DNA of 64,000 nt from the IMG/VR virus record IMGVR_UViG_3300048590_000360, positions 4,202 through 68,201 of that record, one strand, 5' to 3'. Source of the stretch: a virus. The notes under the pieces were generated by a model. The model searched no databases and was not told the origin of the DNA. It saw nothing but the letters and a program-made list of their open reading frames with translations. Shown here one piece after another: positions 10,711-19,685 of this stretch; positions within the stretch are counted from its first letter, which is position 1; every line of letters begins with the position of its first letter. A program made the translations under genes and the position numbers.

Positions 10711-11406
10711 ATGCACAAGCCACGTAGCAAGTATTTCTATTCAGATAAAAGTTTTGAAATTTTCGGCAAACTCAATAAGAGTAAGAAGATAAAATACTAC
10801 GTGTTCCTATGTTCCGCTAAAAAGAAGTTTGTCGGATTAGGTTCCTATACTTTTGCTCATTTATGTAGTATAGGATATAGTAAGGAAACCGTCCGAAAGT
10901 ATCTTCAGGAAATGATTAAAATCGGTTGGGCTACAAAGGTAAGCGCAACGAAGTACGTTCTTAAATCTTATTATAAGATATGTGAAGAAAATGGAGTAAG
11001 TATATATCCAGGAAGAATGGTCTTTAAATGTGAAGACCTTTCCGAGATAAAAACCCGTGTCGCCTATTGCATTGTCGAACGGAATTGTAACCAACAGGTT
11101 TATATCACATGTAACAAAACTGGGACGCCTAAGAAAAGGCACGCGCTCCGCAGTAACCGTTACGATGTAACTTATGGAACAAACCGTTTGAGTGGTGTTA
11201 TGGGATACCGAAGCAAGATGTCTGGGACAAATCTATTCAGAAAAATGAAGGAGTTACAGTTATGTTACCGTGTGCAACAATCACGCATCTTAGGTGACAT
11301 ACAAACTTTGACTCATCATGTTTTTGATTACAGACATTCTGCTTACCTTTCATACGATGGTCGAACAGTAATTGAAAAGCTACCATGTTTAATAAGATTC
11401 TACTGA
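10711..11406 (+). CDS. putative winged-helix DNA-binding protein (regulator or initiator candidate)
   Basis: ATG at 10711 after the plus-strand -7 box. Segment GYSKETVRKYLQEMIKIGWATK looks like a wHTH recognition region. Followed by a hairpin and direct repeats. Confidence 0.45.
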   Translation: MHKPRSKYFYSDKSFEIFGKLNKSKKIKYYVFLCSAKKKFVGLGSYTFAHLCSIGYSKETVRKYLQEMIKIGWATKVSATKYVLKSYYKICEENGVSIYPGRMVFKCEDLSEIKTRVAYCIVERNCNQQVYITCNKTGTPKKRHALRSNRYDVTYGTNRLSGVMGYRSKMSGTNLFRKMKELQLCYRVQQSRILGDIQTLTHHVFDYRHSAYLSYDGRTVIEKLPCLIRFY

Positions 11407-11434
11407 GAAAAACCATTTGGGATTACTTTGTACG

Positions 11435-11457
11435 GTATAGTCAGGCACTGACTATAC
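11435..11457. repeat. perfect 10-bp stem hairpin (gtatagtcag-gca-ctgactatac)
   Basis: Read directly. Lies 29 nt after the stop of 10711..11406. No T-run follows, so not a typical terminator. Confidence 0.7.
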
Positions 11458-11469
11458 TTACGCATGCGT

Positions 11470-11496
11470 GTTACACGTATGTGCGTTACACGTATG
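11470..11496. repeat. direct repeat GTTACACGTATG x2 (15-bp period) in a GC-rich patch
   Basis: gcgtGTTACACGTATGtgcGTTACACGTATGcctgcgcgtatatg, followed by an AT-rich tract. Confidence 0.7.
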
Positions 11497-11571
11497 CCTG
11501 CGCGTATATGTAATAATATTCTTAATTACTACTGTTTTATTAAAAAATTGAATTGTTAAAATTTGAACAAA

Positions 11572-12174
11572 ATGATTGAAACTGAAAAGAAAAAAAACAT
11601 TACTGATTTAATTTTAACCGAATACGAAAAAAAGTGTTCTGAAATTAGTGATATTAACGAATTACTTCCTACTTTGTTACAATTCTCACGAGATTGTAAG
11701 ATTATTACTGAAATGGGTGTTCGTACAGTGGTATCTACATGGGCTTTTTTAGCGTCATTTCCAGAGAAGTTGGTATGTTACGATTTATGTCGACACCCAA
11801 ATATCGGCTTAGTAGAGTCTTACGCTAATAATGTTGGCGTGGATTTTCATTTCACTGAAAGTGATGTGTTGAAAGTTGAAATTGAAGAAACTGATATGTT
11901 GTTCATAGATACTTTTCACAGTGCTGAACAATTACGAAGGGAATTGTTCCTTCATTCCGGAAAAGTCCGTAAATACCTTGCGTTTCATGACACAACTACT
12001 TTCTGGGAACATGCTGAACCTTCATACGGAATTGCTGGATTGAATCAAGTTAATTGTGGGGAAGGGTTGCGTTACGCTATTGAACCTTTTCTTGTTTCAC
12101 ATCCCGAATGGGAAGTTGCCTGTAAATTAGAAAACAACAATGGGTTAATGATTTTACGGAAAGTGTCACGGTAA
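11572..12174 (+). CDS. putative class I SAM-dependent methyltransferase (Methyltransf_24-like)
   Basis: ATG at 11572 (the track start at 11563 is TTG). IITEMGVRTVVST resembles MTase motif I. MLFIDTFH resembles the post-I acidic motif of O-methyltransferase-like enzymes. Confidence 0.45.
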   Translation: MIETEKKKNITDLILTEYEKKCSEISDINELLPTLLQFSRDCKIITEMGVRTVVSTWAFLASFPEKLVCYDLCRHPNIGLVESYANNVGVDFHFTESDVLKVEIEETDMLFIDTFHSAEQLRRELFLHSGKVRKYLAFHDTTTFWEHAEPSYGIAGLNQVNCGEGLRYAIEPFLVSHPEWEVACKLENNNGLMILRKVSR

Positions 12175-12236
12175 ATTCAGCAGAAACTTAATTAGTGTTG
12201 ATGCAACAAAAGGGGAACTACACTACTGAAGACTTG

Positions 12237-15200
12237 TTACGTATTCATCTCTGATGGTTCATATCTAATAGCAGCAGCGAAAAGTTTTTGTTCACCTTCT
12301 GTTGTGCTTTGTAACGTCACTGTAATAGAGTGACACCTTATATCGTCTCCGTTAATTAGGGGTAAGTCTATGTTTGGTGTATTTGCGTCTTGGAGTAAAG
12401 ATGCTTTGTGGACACCCTCAAAGGTTTCAAAATCTTCACCAATTAGAGAACTACTTTGACCGAATTGATTTTCAATAAGTGGACATTCCCATACTTCAGA
12501 CGATTCTACCAATATATTCTTAAAGAATTTAATGATTGTAGGATTGTCATTGAACACTACTGTAATAGAAGATGGGGTAAATTGTCCCCTGAATGTATTA
12601 GGTAAGCCCACTCCATGCTTGTATAGTCTCCCGTTCCAGAATGAAATATAAGTTGAAGGTATGTTTTGTAATTGTTCACTATCATAAGAATATGATGTAG
12701 TCCACCGGTTTTTAGATTCACTGAATGTTATTGTAATACCGTCAATATCTTTAATTGCATTTGATAACGATACGTTTACTTGTGACGGACGAACACCTTC
12801 TGGACGTGTACTATTGTCAGTGGTAATTTGTATCTGTTTGTATATAGGTTCAAAGGATAGAATATATTCCTTCCTTTCACTAACGTATACGCCATGCACA
12901 TAGAATTTCCTTCCAGAAGATACCCTGTCATTGAATACCTTGTTAAATAATGCTGACATAAGGTAACTATTCTGTACAGCATCATGGTTAGAATCTATTC
13001 TTTCTATCCCAGAATTAAAGTTCATTCTTAGCACGGCACCCCTATTGGCATCTGTGAAGTATATATTTGCACCGTACTGCGCGAATGATTCAGGGTTGGT
13101 GCTGATACCGTATTCTAATCCATAGTAATTCATTTTAGAAATCACTGTAAGTTCTGAACTTATATCTCCTACTACGCCCCCAGAAGCAGAAAATAAAACA
13201 TCCTTATTCACCAATGCAAAGCCAACCTTATTTTCTTGGAATATTACTACACGTTCCCCTTGTGAGTATGCTTTCTGAATGTGGCCATAAGCATGATTGA
13301 AAGTCTTAGTACTTTCTGGGAAGAAGTTACTAAGTCCATCAATTTGTGTTTCTGGAATGTATAGTTCGCTCCAATATACAGTTACGGGTCTATGGATTTT
13401 TCTTAATAATTTATCTACATTATTTCCACGTCCTTTACTCCATACGTTTGAAGTATAAAAGTCTGATTGGGAAAAATCTTCGACAAGGTAGTCCAATGGG
13501 TCTGTGAACCCGATTGCCAAATAATTATATCTTCTTGGCCTAATCCATATATCACCGTCATAGATATCAATAATTGCCGGTTGTAATGCAGTCTGATTCT
13601 GTAATGAACCTTTGTGTAATCCGTTTTCAATTTTATATGTGTTTCCTATTTCGTAATATAGTTGGTTTTCTGATACCTTTTTTGGCGTGTAAATTTCAAC
13701 CATGTTTCCAATAGTAATCTTCATGGTATTTGTTTCGTCTGCTGCCACGGTAATTTCTGAAGTACTTTCATCGAAAGAAAGTATTTCATATTCATAGAAT
13801 GATGAATACACTTGTCCTGTAGAAGATGTCGGATTAAACCATACAGATCGAATCTTATCACCTTTAGTATATGTGTAGGATAATAGTGGCCGGGAATCAT
13901 AAGCATCATTAAACTGTTGCAAGGTGCCTATGAATATTTTGTATCTATTATTGGCCTGTGCTGTAACTGTACCAACTCTCGTCCATACAAACCTTGCTGT
14001 TTGATTGTTCCCTGCATATACTGGCGCGTAATGTGTCGCCCATTCTGGAGGTGAATGGTGAAGTTCCATACGAATGAAGTTCCTTCCGATGGTACCTATT
14101 TCTGTCGGGAATGGGGCATATGGCATAAAACTACGGTTGGTCTGTACCTTCCCATATCTTCCTGCATAATCGTAATACACTAATCCTACAGGGTGCGTGG
14201 AACCTGACTTAAAGGAAGGGGATACTCTTACCCGTGACGATGTGTTGTTGACGTTTACCTGGGTAACTATTGATTCGGTGTAATTAAGTGGGTATATAGA
14301 TGTAACAGGGTCTGATGTATTGATTATCGTTTTAATGATTATTCCATATCCTGAAGTAAACGGTACAGCTTGGCAAGAAATTACAGATGAGGTACCAAAC
14401 ACGGAACCAGTTAGTATTTTAGGCAGTAATGTAGAATCCGTATTTAGTTTGTTGATGATGTTACTGATTAACAATCCTAAGTTTGGGAATGTTTCTTCGG
14501 ATGAAGTAACAATGTGCGTATATTTAACTGTTATGTCTTTTGTTTTGTAAACATTCGCTGCACTTGGAGTCTCAATGTTTAGATACTTAATTTCTAACTT
14601 AAATTGAATATCAATAAGGTCGTTTTCAAAGAATGTTCCAGAGAAGTAAATATCTAAGTCTGAAATTTTTTGACCGTTAAGTCCTGAAGGTATGCCTCCT
14701 ATTACATCTATTGTCGTAGAATCGGTGTTCTTTGTGTATAATGGTGTGTCCCCTGATACTTGGTCTATGTTACTTATTCGTTCACCGGAACCGTATATTC
14801 TACCTTGTTCAATATTGAACTGTTGGTCGTCAAGTGATATAATACTTGCGAAGGAACTTCCTAAGTCAATATTATCAAAACCTTCAGTAATATTAAAGTA
14901 ACCTAACCTTTGCCCGTCTAACAGGCATTGTTCCTTTGCAAGTAACGGTACAAAGTCATAGGGTTTATTTACCTCTGTTTGGGAAAGTAAAGTTAAAGTC
15001 CGGTCATTGTAGAAGGGATATGTGTATGTTGAAAAATCTATTGGGGCAATACCGTCAACCCATGTAGAAGAATCATCTTTATTAATGGTATCCACCAGGT
15101 AAAAGTCTCCAGAGTTACCATACCTAACACACACATTTATCTTTCTTATCGCTGAGTCACCTGTTTCAAAGGTAATGTTCAATACATTGTTCTGATAGTT

Positions 15201-15881
15201 GTTATATGTGGCGTTGATTCTGTCATAGGAATCTGTTAGCGGTGGCGCGGATACTTTAGATATAGTAGAATATGCAGACCTTTTATTGTCCCAATCGACG
15301 AATTGTGTCCTGAATTGAAATACATTACCTTTTAAGTTGTTGAATTTCTTTGACGAATCCGAATCATAGTTAAGTGATGGGGGTAATACCGGTTGTGGGA
15401 CAATATTGTTTATGTATCTTTCGGTAAGTAATGAGGGATACATCCCTGACTTGGCTCGTTGAATATTAATACATCTTGGATGCCCGTTCCCATCAGTGAA
15501 ATATAATAGACCATTAAGAACAAAAGGTGTAACAATAAGGTAGTCAAGATTAAAGTTTAGAACTTTAGATTCAATGAGTATTGTAATGTCATTAAGCACA
15601 ACGTCATATTCAAATATTGAATGTTTGGCGTTTGAATTGTAAAGGAAGTAGTAAACTTTGTTGTTTATATCATCAAGGCATGAGCCGATAACCTTATTAG
15701 CTCCAGATGGTAGTACGGTATCAATTAATAGGTCGCCATTAACATGTTGGACTGTTCCAACAGCTTTGTCCTGATTACCTGAGTTTTCAATATTGACTGC
15801 GAACCTATAGTCACCTTGTTTTACGGTTCTATCATCTGAATCGGAGTCCATTCCTCCAAAGAATATCCTTTTCTCTAACAT
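12237..15881 (-). CDS. large virion structural protein (tail / receptor-binding candidate)
   Basis: 1214 aa from the ATG at 15881 (MLEKRIFFGGMDSDSD..), 4 nt after TATCTTTG. Beta-rich and Asn/Ser/Thr/Tyr-rich throughout. Confidence 0.6.
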   Translation of the reverse strand: MLEKRIFFGGMDSDSDDRTVKQGDYRFAVNIENSGNQDKAVGTVQHVNGDLLIDTVLPSGANKVIGSCLDDINNKVYYFLYNSNAKHSIFEYDVVLNDITILIESKVLNFNLDYLIVTPFVLNGLLYFTDGNGHPRCINIQRAKSGMYPSLLTERYINNIVPQPVLPPSLNYDSDSSKKFNNLKGNVFQFRTQFVDWDNKRSAYSTISKVSAPPLTDSYDRINATYNNYQNNVLNITFETGDSAIRKINVCVRYGNSGDFYLVDTINKDDSSTWVDGIAPIDFSTYTYPFYNDRTLTLLSQTEVNKPYDFVPLLAKEQCLLDGQRLGYFNITEGFDNIDLGSSFASIISLDDQQFNIEQGRIYGSGERISNIDQVSGDTPLYTKNTDSTTIDVIGGIPSGLNGQKISDLDIYFSGTFFENDLIDIQFKLEIKYLNIETPSAANVYKTKDITVKYTHIVTSSEETFPNLGLLISNIINKLNTDSTLLPKILTGSVFGTSSVISCQAVPFTSGYGIIIKTIINTSDPVTSIYPLNYTESIVTQVNVNNTSSRVRVSPSFKSGSTHPVGLVYYDYAGRYGKVQTNRSFMPYAPFPTEIGTIGRNFIRMELHHSPPEWATHYAPVYAGNNQTARFVWTRVGTVTAQANNRYKIFIGTLQQFNDAYDSRPLLSYTYTKGDKIRSVWFNPTSSTGQVYSSFYEYEILSFDESTSEITVAADETNTMKITIGNMVEIYTPKKVSENQLYYEIGNTYKIENGLHKGSLQNQTALQPAIIDIYDGDIWIRPRRYNYLAIGFTDPLDYLVEDFSQSDFYTSNVWSKGRGNNVDKLLRKIHRPVTVYWSELYIPETQIDGLSNFFPESTKTFNHAYGHIQKAYSQGERVVIFQENKVGFALVNKDVLFSASGGVVGDISSELTVISKMNYYGLEYGISTNPESFAQYGANIYFTDANRGAVLRMNFNSGIERIDSNHDAVQNSYLMSALFNKVFNDRVSSGRKFYVHGVYVSERKEYILSFEPIYKQIQITTDNSTRPEGVRPSQVNVSLSNAIKDIDGITITFSESKNRWTTSYSYDSEQLQNIPSTYISFWNGRLYKHGVGLPNTFRGQFTPSSITVVFNDNPTIIKFFKNILVESSEVWECPLIENQFGQSSSLIGEDFETFEGVHKASLLQDANTPNIDLPLINGDDIRCHSITVTLQSTTEGEQKLFAAAIRYEPSEMNT

Positions 15882-15885
15882 GAAA

Positions 15886-15893
15886 CAAAGATA
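15886..15893 (-). promoter_or_regulatory. -7 box TATCTTTG, 4 nt from ATG
   Basis: Minus strand reads TTTTTTTGTATCTTTGtttcATG, directly after a terminator hairpin. Confidence 0.5.
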
Positions 15894-15894
15894 C

Positions 15895-15922
15895 AAAAAA
15901 AGGGTGGGAACCACCCCACCCT
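15895..15922 (-). terminator. rho-independent terminator
   Basis: Minus strand: AGGGTGGG-gtggtt-CCCACCCT followed by T7, downstream of 15949..16167. Confidence 0.7.
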
Positions 15923-15948
15923 AATTTAAACCAAGGAAACCATAGAAA

Positions 15949-16167
15949 TTACACATAGGTACGTGTGGAGAAACACAAAAGTTTCGACGGATTGGAAAAA
16001 TCTTTGAATATTTTTTCTGCTTCAGTGTAGTTGTCTGCATAACAAGTGAATAATACCTGTTGAATTTTGAGATTGTTTTTGGCAGCGTATTCTTTACATA
16101 GACTTAATTCAGATGCGTCTTTTACCTGTGTGCCAGACTTAATTAGGAAAGTAAATTTCTCAGCCAT
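15949..16167 (-). CDS. hypothetical protein
   Basis: ATG at 16167 (MAEKFTFLIK..), 4 nt after TATCTTTG. Confidence 0.55.
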   Translation of the reverse strand: MAEKFTFLIKSGTQVKDASELSLCKEYAAKNNLKIQQVLFTCYADNYTEAEKIFKDFSNPSKLLCFSTRTYV

Positions 16168-16456
16168 GGAGCAAAGATACAAAGATTAATATTTGGCGAA
16201 CTTCTCTTTTTGTGAAGTGAATCTTTGATTCACCAGACTTGTCGGAAATTGTCATTGATCCGTTTTTGAAAGTGATATTCCCATTATCTAACGTCATGTG
16301 GTGTGTTTTTGTGGGTATTTCAGGAAAATGGTGAAGCATCTTTATTGCTGATTCAATTCCCATGGTTATGTCTTTAGGGTTTGGTTGTGGTATTTTTGCC
16401 CCTGTGCGCCATTTGTTGTAAGTCATCAATGTTAGTAAGGTTTCTTTCTTATTCAT
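16160..16456 (-). CDS. hypothetical protein
   Basis: ORF in the minus-strand gene train, overlapping its neighbours by a few nt. Confidence 0.55.
   Translation of the reverse strand: MNKKETLLTLMTYNKWRTGAKIPQPNPKDITMGIESAIKMLHHFPEIPTKTHHMTLDNGNITFKNGSMTISDKSGESKIHFTKREVRQILIFVSLLHG
16172..16179 (-). promoter_or_regulatory. -7 box TATCTTTG, 4 nt from ATG
   Basis: Minus strand reads TATCTTTGctccATG. Embedded in the 3' end of the upstream ORF. Confidence 0.4.
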
Positions 16457-17066
16457 TATTTAGGTCAGTTAAGTTCATCCATGATATAATACCTGTATCA
16501 GATTTTCCCGTTTTAACATCGTCTAACGGATTCTTCTGTAGTCTCTGTAGTCTTGCTACTTCTTTTTTCTTTTTCTTGGCATATAGTGCTTCTAATTTCT
16601 TTTGCGCATCGGCTTTTTTTGCTAAGAATGTCTTTTGTGTTTGAATATTCCAATAGTACTGTTTGTAGGATTGCCATTCGGGTCTTGAATTGATATACCG
16701 GATAGCCCAATATGCCAATTCTTCAATCGAAATATTCAATTCAAATTGTAGTAATTTCTGAATCTGTTTAGCTACGTCAGGTTCAATCATAATCTCAATC
16801 TTGTGAGTTCTTTTCTGGTTTATGCCTTGGTTCCATTTTTTCTGTGGACGGGGCATGAACATCCCTGTGAACTTTACTACTTTAGTGTAGTCAGTGTATT
16901 CGTCCATTCCTTCAGGCAACCATTCGTAGTATGCTTTATTACTTTCGGGGAGTTGGGTATTGGTGAATTCTTCTAACATATCAGCACGTTTTCTCAGTGC
17001 GTCAACAACGTCCAACACATCATCCCTGAAAATAGGGACCTTAGACGGTTTTATTTTACGTCTCAT
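16449..17066 (-). CDS. hypothetical protein
   Basis: 205-aa ORF with a Lys-rich coiled-coil-like C-terminal half. 4-nt overlap with the upstream gene. Confidence 0.6.
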   Translation of the reverse strand: MRRKIKPSKVPIFRDDVLDVVDALRKRADMLEEFTNTQLPESNKAYYEWLPEGMDEYTDYTKVVKFTGMFMPRPQKKWNQGINQKRTHKIEIMIEPDVAKQIQKLLQFELNISIEELAYWAIRYINSRPEWQSYKQYYWNIQTQKTFLAKKADAQKKLEALYAKKKKKEVARLQRLQKNPLDDVKTGKSDTGIISWMNLTDLNNE

Positions 17067-17254
17067 TTGGCGAAGTTATGGTTAATTATCTTCCGGATAT
17101 ACGTAGTGAATGTTTCTTCAGTTATGTTTGACTTCACCATTAATGATATTATTTTGAAATTTTTCTGGATGAATTCCTTTGCACGGGAAGGATTTGTGAT
17201 AGTAATTTCCCTTGTTGCAAGTCTGATGGCTTCTTTGAATGTGATTGGTTCCAT
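17063..17254 (-). CDS. hypothetical protein
   Basis: 63-aa ORF, translationally coupled (ATGA overlap) to the next gene. Confidence 0.5.
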   Translation of the reverse strand: MEPITFKEAIRLATREITITNPSRAKEFIQKNFKIISLMVKSNITEETFTTYIRKIINHNFAK

Positions 17255-17276
17255 AGTTTATTGATTTAGTTATTGA

Positions 17277-17543
17277 TTACGGTAATTTACTTTTTAAGGT
17301 TTCAGTTTTATAGACTAATTCATACGGTGTTGTTGCCATTGGTTTACCTAGTATTGAATCACAACCTAAAGGTACGAAGGTTAATTGGTATGCAGAATCC
17401 GGACAGCATTGGCATGGTGTGATTGTCTGGGATGTTATTGGCGCGTGGGTAACTGTACATTCTTCCGTTGTATGGCGCGTATTAATCCAAATATGGCCTA
17501 ATACTATAACAATAAGGAATAAGACTGCTGAAGTAGTTTTCAT
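17277..17543 (-). CDS. hypothetical membrane/secreted protein
   Basis: N-terminal hydrophobic segment SAVLFLIVIVLGHIW; Cys-rich. Confidence 0.5.
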   Translation of the reverse strand: MKTTSAVLFLIVIVLGHIWINTRHTTEECTVTHAPITSQTITPCQCCPDSAYQLTFVPLGCDSILGKPMATTPYELVYKTETLKSKLP

Positions 17544-17773
17544 GATAATGGTAAGTTAGGTAACGGCATCCAATGAGTCACTCTATAATCATCATCAACG
17601 TAGGCATCCCCGTCAAGTCCATCGTATGACTGCCCCCACAACCAATCTGATATATGATTATCTGGGACGTAACACCTTGCCATGATACGGATCTTATTAT
17701 CCACCACAGCTAATACATTAGTATTACCTTTGGGAAGGGAATGTTCTACGGGAATCCATTGATTATTTATCAT
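17540..17773 (-). CDS. DUF551-like phage protein
   Basis: WIPVEHSLP ... VTHWMPLPNLP pattern, typical of DUF551. Confidence 0.5.
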   Translation of the reverse strand: MINNQWIPVEHSLPKGNTNVLAVVDNKIRIMARCYVPDNHISDWLWGQSYDGLDGDAYVDDDYRVTHWMPLPNLPLS

Positions 17774-17774
17774 T

Positions 17775-18062
17775 TCACTTCTGATTTACATTTGGCCTGC
17801 GCCCAACCACGGCCCCATCTTCTGGGGTGTAGAAGGTAGTCATCACCCATTCAGGGTTGTCGAAACCTACTTGTACCGGTGGACGTTCACTCCACCTAAT
17901 GGATGGGTCTTGCTGCTTCGCTGCGTAGTACTTCGTGAGTAGCTTAGAAGCCCTTAGTGTATTCGTGCCGCAGATTTCCGCTAACCGCTTTTGGCTTAAA
18001 TCCGGGCAGTCGGTGTGCAACCTCACCAGTTGCTTCGTTAGAATTATCGCTGATTCGCTCAT
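17775..18062 (-). CDS. hypothetical protein, possible HTH
   Basis: ATG at 18062 (MSESAIIL..); the longer form needs TTG. SQKRLAEICGTNTLRASKLL is HTH-like. The GC-richer island starts here. Confidence 0.5.
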   Translation of the reverse strand: MSESAIILTKQLVRLHTDCPDLSQKRLAEICGTNTLRASKLLTKYYAAKQQDPSIRWSERPPVQVGFDNPEWVMTTFYTPEDGAVVGRRPNVNQK

Positions 18063-18103
18063 TTTGATTGGTATTAAAAGGCCGCATCCCGTTATAAGCA
18101 ATG

Positions 18104-18295
18104 TTAAAGGTGGTCAACCTCAAGTTTTTGCCAAGTTTTACCATCGGTAGTAAACTCATTCTTGCACAAATCATAAACTACCATTCCGACATCAGGATTA
18201 AAATGATTCTCAGTGTCAAACCAAGCTGTTAGGAATGGCAACTTTACTTTGGTTGTAATTAAGTATCTCATAATCAAAAACACTGCTGCCAACAT
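18104..18295 (-). CDS. hypothetical protein
   Basis: 63-aa ORF, ATG at 18295. Confidence 0.45.
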   Translation of the reverse strand: MLAAVFLIMRYLITTKVKLPFLTAWFDTENHFNPDVGMVVYDLCKNEFTTDGKTWQKLEVDHL

Positions 18296-18303
18296 TCGTT
18301 TAC

Positions 18304-18336
18304 CGCAAGTGGGGGTGACAGCGTTAAACCCACTTG
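18304..18336. repeat. perfect 9-bp stem hairpin GCAAGTGGG..CCCACTTGC
   Basis: Read directly, between 18412..18648 and 18104..18295. Confidence 0.7.
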
Positions 18337-18411
18337 CAGTTTTTCAATTTAACTTTCGGTTCGGCAACTTCGCCAAGCTGCAAAACGTTTAGCCAATGCC
18401 TCCGGCACGGT

Positions 18412-18648
18412 TCATTGGTTCACGTTCAACCCTATCTCTGCAAGGTTAAGCATCTTATCCATAGCTCGCAGGCTCATCAACTGCATCGCTGCACGGTGTT
18501 CTTTTATGGCCACGTATAGAGTGTACAGTACCTCCCTTTCCACTGATGCCGTTCCATCGGCTAACTCCTTGCGAATAGCGACGTGCCATTCATTGAAGCT
18601 CACCTGCTCCGGCGGGTGAACTGTGGACTGGATTTTTAGTTTGCTCAT
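18412..18648 (-). CDS. hypothetical protein
   Basis: 78-aa ORF with its own -7 box upstream. Confidence 0.5.
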   Translation of the reverse strand: MSKLKIQSTVHPPEQVSFNEWHVAIRKELADGTASVEREVLYTLYVAIKEHRAAMQLMSLRAMDKMLNLAEIGLNVNQ

Positions 18649-18674
18649 AAAATGGTTTTGGCAGTGATACGCAC

Positions 18675-18682
18675 CAAAGTTA
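18675..18682 (-). promoter_or_regulatory. -7 box TAACTTTG preceded by TTTGAAAC x2
   Basis: Minus strand reads TTTTTTTGAAACTTTTTGAAACCTTTATAACTTTG, 26 nt before the ATG at 18648. Confidence 0.45.
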
Positions 18683-19076
18683 TAAAGGTTTCAAAAAGTT
18701 TCAAAAAAAATTAAAAAAAGTTCTTTTTTGAAATATCTTTTGGCGCGGATGAATTCAGGAACCAATTTTTCCCTTCGTCCTTTCTATGTACATCCATAGT
18801 GAAAACCCGACAAAAAACTGTGGATATATCTCAAAAAACGGTTTCTATATACCGGAACCATAGTAAGACGCGGATACTTTAACCAAACACACATAAAGCA
18901 TTGGTTTAAACATAACTTATACATCATCACTTAAAGTAATACTCAAACCAATACAACCCTTCGTCCTCTCCCATAGCACCTTTCACTATCACCTTTCAAC
19001 GTCCCCTGTTCATCAGTTATCGTTTAACGGTTGTGTGTGTATTATTTGTATGTGTATCTTTCATAAGATAAGGCAC

Positions 19077-19104
19077 AAAAAAAAGGCTCCCCTTTCTGGG
19101 AACC
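19077..19104 (-). terminator. rho-independent terminator after radC-like gene
   Basis: Minus strand: GGTTCCC-agaaa-GGGGAGCC (one G.T pair) followed by T8. Confidence 0.6.
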
Positions 19105-19128
19105 TTGGCGCGGGGAATATGACGCGTG

Positions 19129-19575
19129 TTATAACACTCCGTGATCAGCGAATGAGTAATAAGCCTCTGCCGTTAATATACAATGGTCAATAACTTGCAC
19201 ATCAAACAGATTTAGTGCATCTTTTATCTTTCTGGTTATTTGAATGTCCTGTTCCGACGGTTTCAAATTGCCAGATGGATGGTTATGCGCAATAATAACG
19301 GCAGCGGCCAAGGAATCTAATGAGAATTTAGCAATTAGTTTGATGTCGACAACGGTTCCATAGCATCCTCCTTGTGAAATTTTAACATAACCGGTGACGT
19401 TGTTGGCGCGGTTTAAAGTAATTAAAAAGAAACTTTCATACACGTCTATATCACAGCCCCAAAACTGGCGCATAAATTCGACACTATCCAAAGACCTGGT
19501 AATTTTTACTGAATTCATGTCCGTGGTTACTTTTTGAAGTTTGAATTCTGAAATGGTTTTTTTAAATGGTTTCAT
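19129..19575 (-). CDS. radC: RadC-like JAB/MPN domain protein
   Basis: AHNHPSG.L.PS..D motif (JAMM-like H-x-H-P-S-G) and the size and layout of the RadC family. Confidence 0.85.
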   Translation of the reverse strand: MKPFKKTISEFKLQKVTTDMNSVKITRSLDSVEFMRQFWGCDIDVYESFFLITLNRANNVTGYVKISQGGCYGTVVDIKLIAKFSLDSLAAAVIIAHNHPSGNLKPSEQDIQITRKIKDALNLFDVQVIDHCILTAEAYYSFADHGVL

Positions 19576-19685
19576 GGTTTCTAATTTTTAAAGTTTGTTT
19601 ATTAAAACTGCGATTCCTAAGAAAAGGAGCCCAAAGCATGTAAGAATAGCGCAGAGCACCAGGAATGAAATTAATCGGCGCATGG

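Noticed and set aside
15882-15914. N-terminal extensions in the ORF track (MVPTLFLYLCF.., also 10656-10730, 16168-16182, 41238-41252)
   Set aside because: The extensions translate the terminator and the TAnnTTTG promoter box (hence the recurring YLC). An ATG follows 4 nt after the box, and that ATG was taken as the start.
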